A stretch of 64,000 nucleotides of DNA from Takakia lepidozioides (taxonomy: Eukaryota > Plantae > Bryophyta), in the NCBI GenBank assembly GCA_030704615.1, contig CM060734.1, forward strand, positions 33,046,001-33,110,000, written 5' to 3'. This document shows, in pieces, positions 63,301-64,000 of the stretch (its first letter is position 1; each line of letters begins with the position of its first letter). Position numbers and translations under genes: made by a program. The notes under the pieces are model-generated. The model did no database searches. It was not told where the DNA came from and worked only from the letters and a program-made list of their open reading frames with translations.

Positions 63301-63683
63301 TCCAGGCTGCTGGAATTGGAGTGTTAAAAATAAACTCTTACCGGATTTAGTGGGGTTTTCTCTAAGTTTTCGCACTGCCAAAACATTTCTAAGTTATGGG
63401 CTCCCCTTTTTGGTGAAGAAATAAACATTTACAAAATATACATATCAATATAACCTTTTTGCTCATGTTTACCCACATCATAGGGAAGGGTAAGAAGTGA
63501 AATTAAGAAGTAAAAATGAGTGCAGGGATATAGGGCAAGTCTGGGCTCTGTCTCGTGCAGGCAGCTGCTATATCGTCTGCTCTTGCTGCTGCCGCGCACC
63601 TCTCTGCCCACACCTGCTGCACCGCCTGCGATTTCTTCTCTGCGTCCGGTTGAGTTGAGGTCGCATTGATAGGTCATTCCAAG

Positions 63684-63880
63684 ATGGCAGGAGATGAGGA
63701 GAAGGAAGTCCGAGAAGCGACAGAAGGAGCAACATCATCAACAGCTGTGGATGCAGCAGGGGAGGCCGGCAGCAAAGGGGCCGACGAGGAAGACACAGGG
63801 GCCCAGGTGGCTCCGATTGTAAAACTGGAGGAGGTTTCCATTAGTACCGGGGAAGAGAACGAAGATGTTCTTCTTGATGT
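63684..63880 (+). CDS. RanBP1: Ran-binding protein 1, first coding exon; gene continues beyond the window
   Basis: MAGDEEKE...EEDTGAQVAPIVKLEEVSISTGEENEDVLLD is the plant RanBP1 N-terminus; donor GTAAGG at 63881. Confidence 0.9.
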
Positions 63881-64000
63881 GTAAGGCGGGACTTGTTCCA
63901 TCTTTTGGGGATCACCTTGAAGTATCTGTCGGATCTTATATCTGTCAGAACCCTAGAAACCGTCCATGAACTGTTCAATCTGGGGTTTCAGTTTTTTTTC

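Overview
Repeat-dense eukaryotic window from a land plant, probably a non-seed plant (inferred from a PLS-class PPR relic and a plant-type RanBP1 exon). The only clear host gene is RanBP1 exon 1 at the right edge. The main signal is three diverged copies (A ~2.5-15 kb, B 16829-30274, C ~40.6-52.9 kb) of a large Mutator-like DNA transposon. Each has a DDE/SWIM transposase (GCM-like N-terminus in B and C; only the 3' part survives in A) and a second, spliced gene joining a ParB/Sulfiredoxin-like domain (VWDGNHR) to a beta-class amino-methyltransferase fold with an atypical DIPD motif. Each copy carries many copies of its own perfect palindrome in non-coding DNA and introns: A GAAATGCGGCGCCGCATTTC, B GAATTTCGGCGCCGAAATTC, C GTGATGATCGGTACCGATCATCAC, all sharing a CGGYRCCG core. 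This looks like a transposon-encoded ParB/parS-like self-recognition or marking system; its function is inference only. Copy B is structurally complete (TIRs, 10-bp TSD); A and C are rearranged; all ORFs are frameshifted as given. The rest comprises two Ty3/Gypsy relics plus a third 3' end with LTR, an RNase H/RLE-type LINE with a structured 3' end, an L1-like LINE, a MITE, a PPR pseudogene and several local inversions and duplications.
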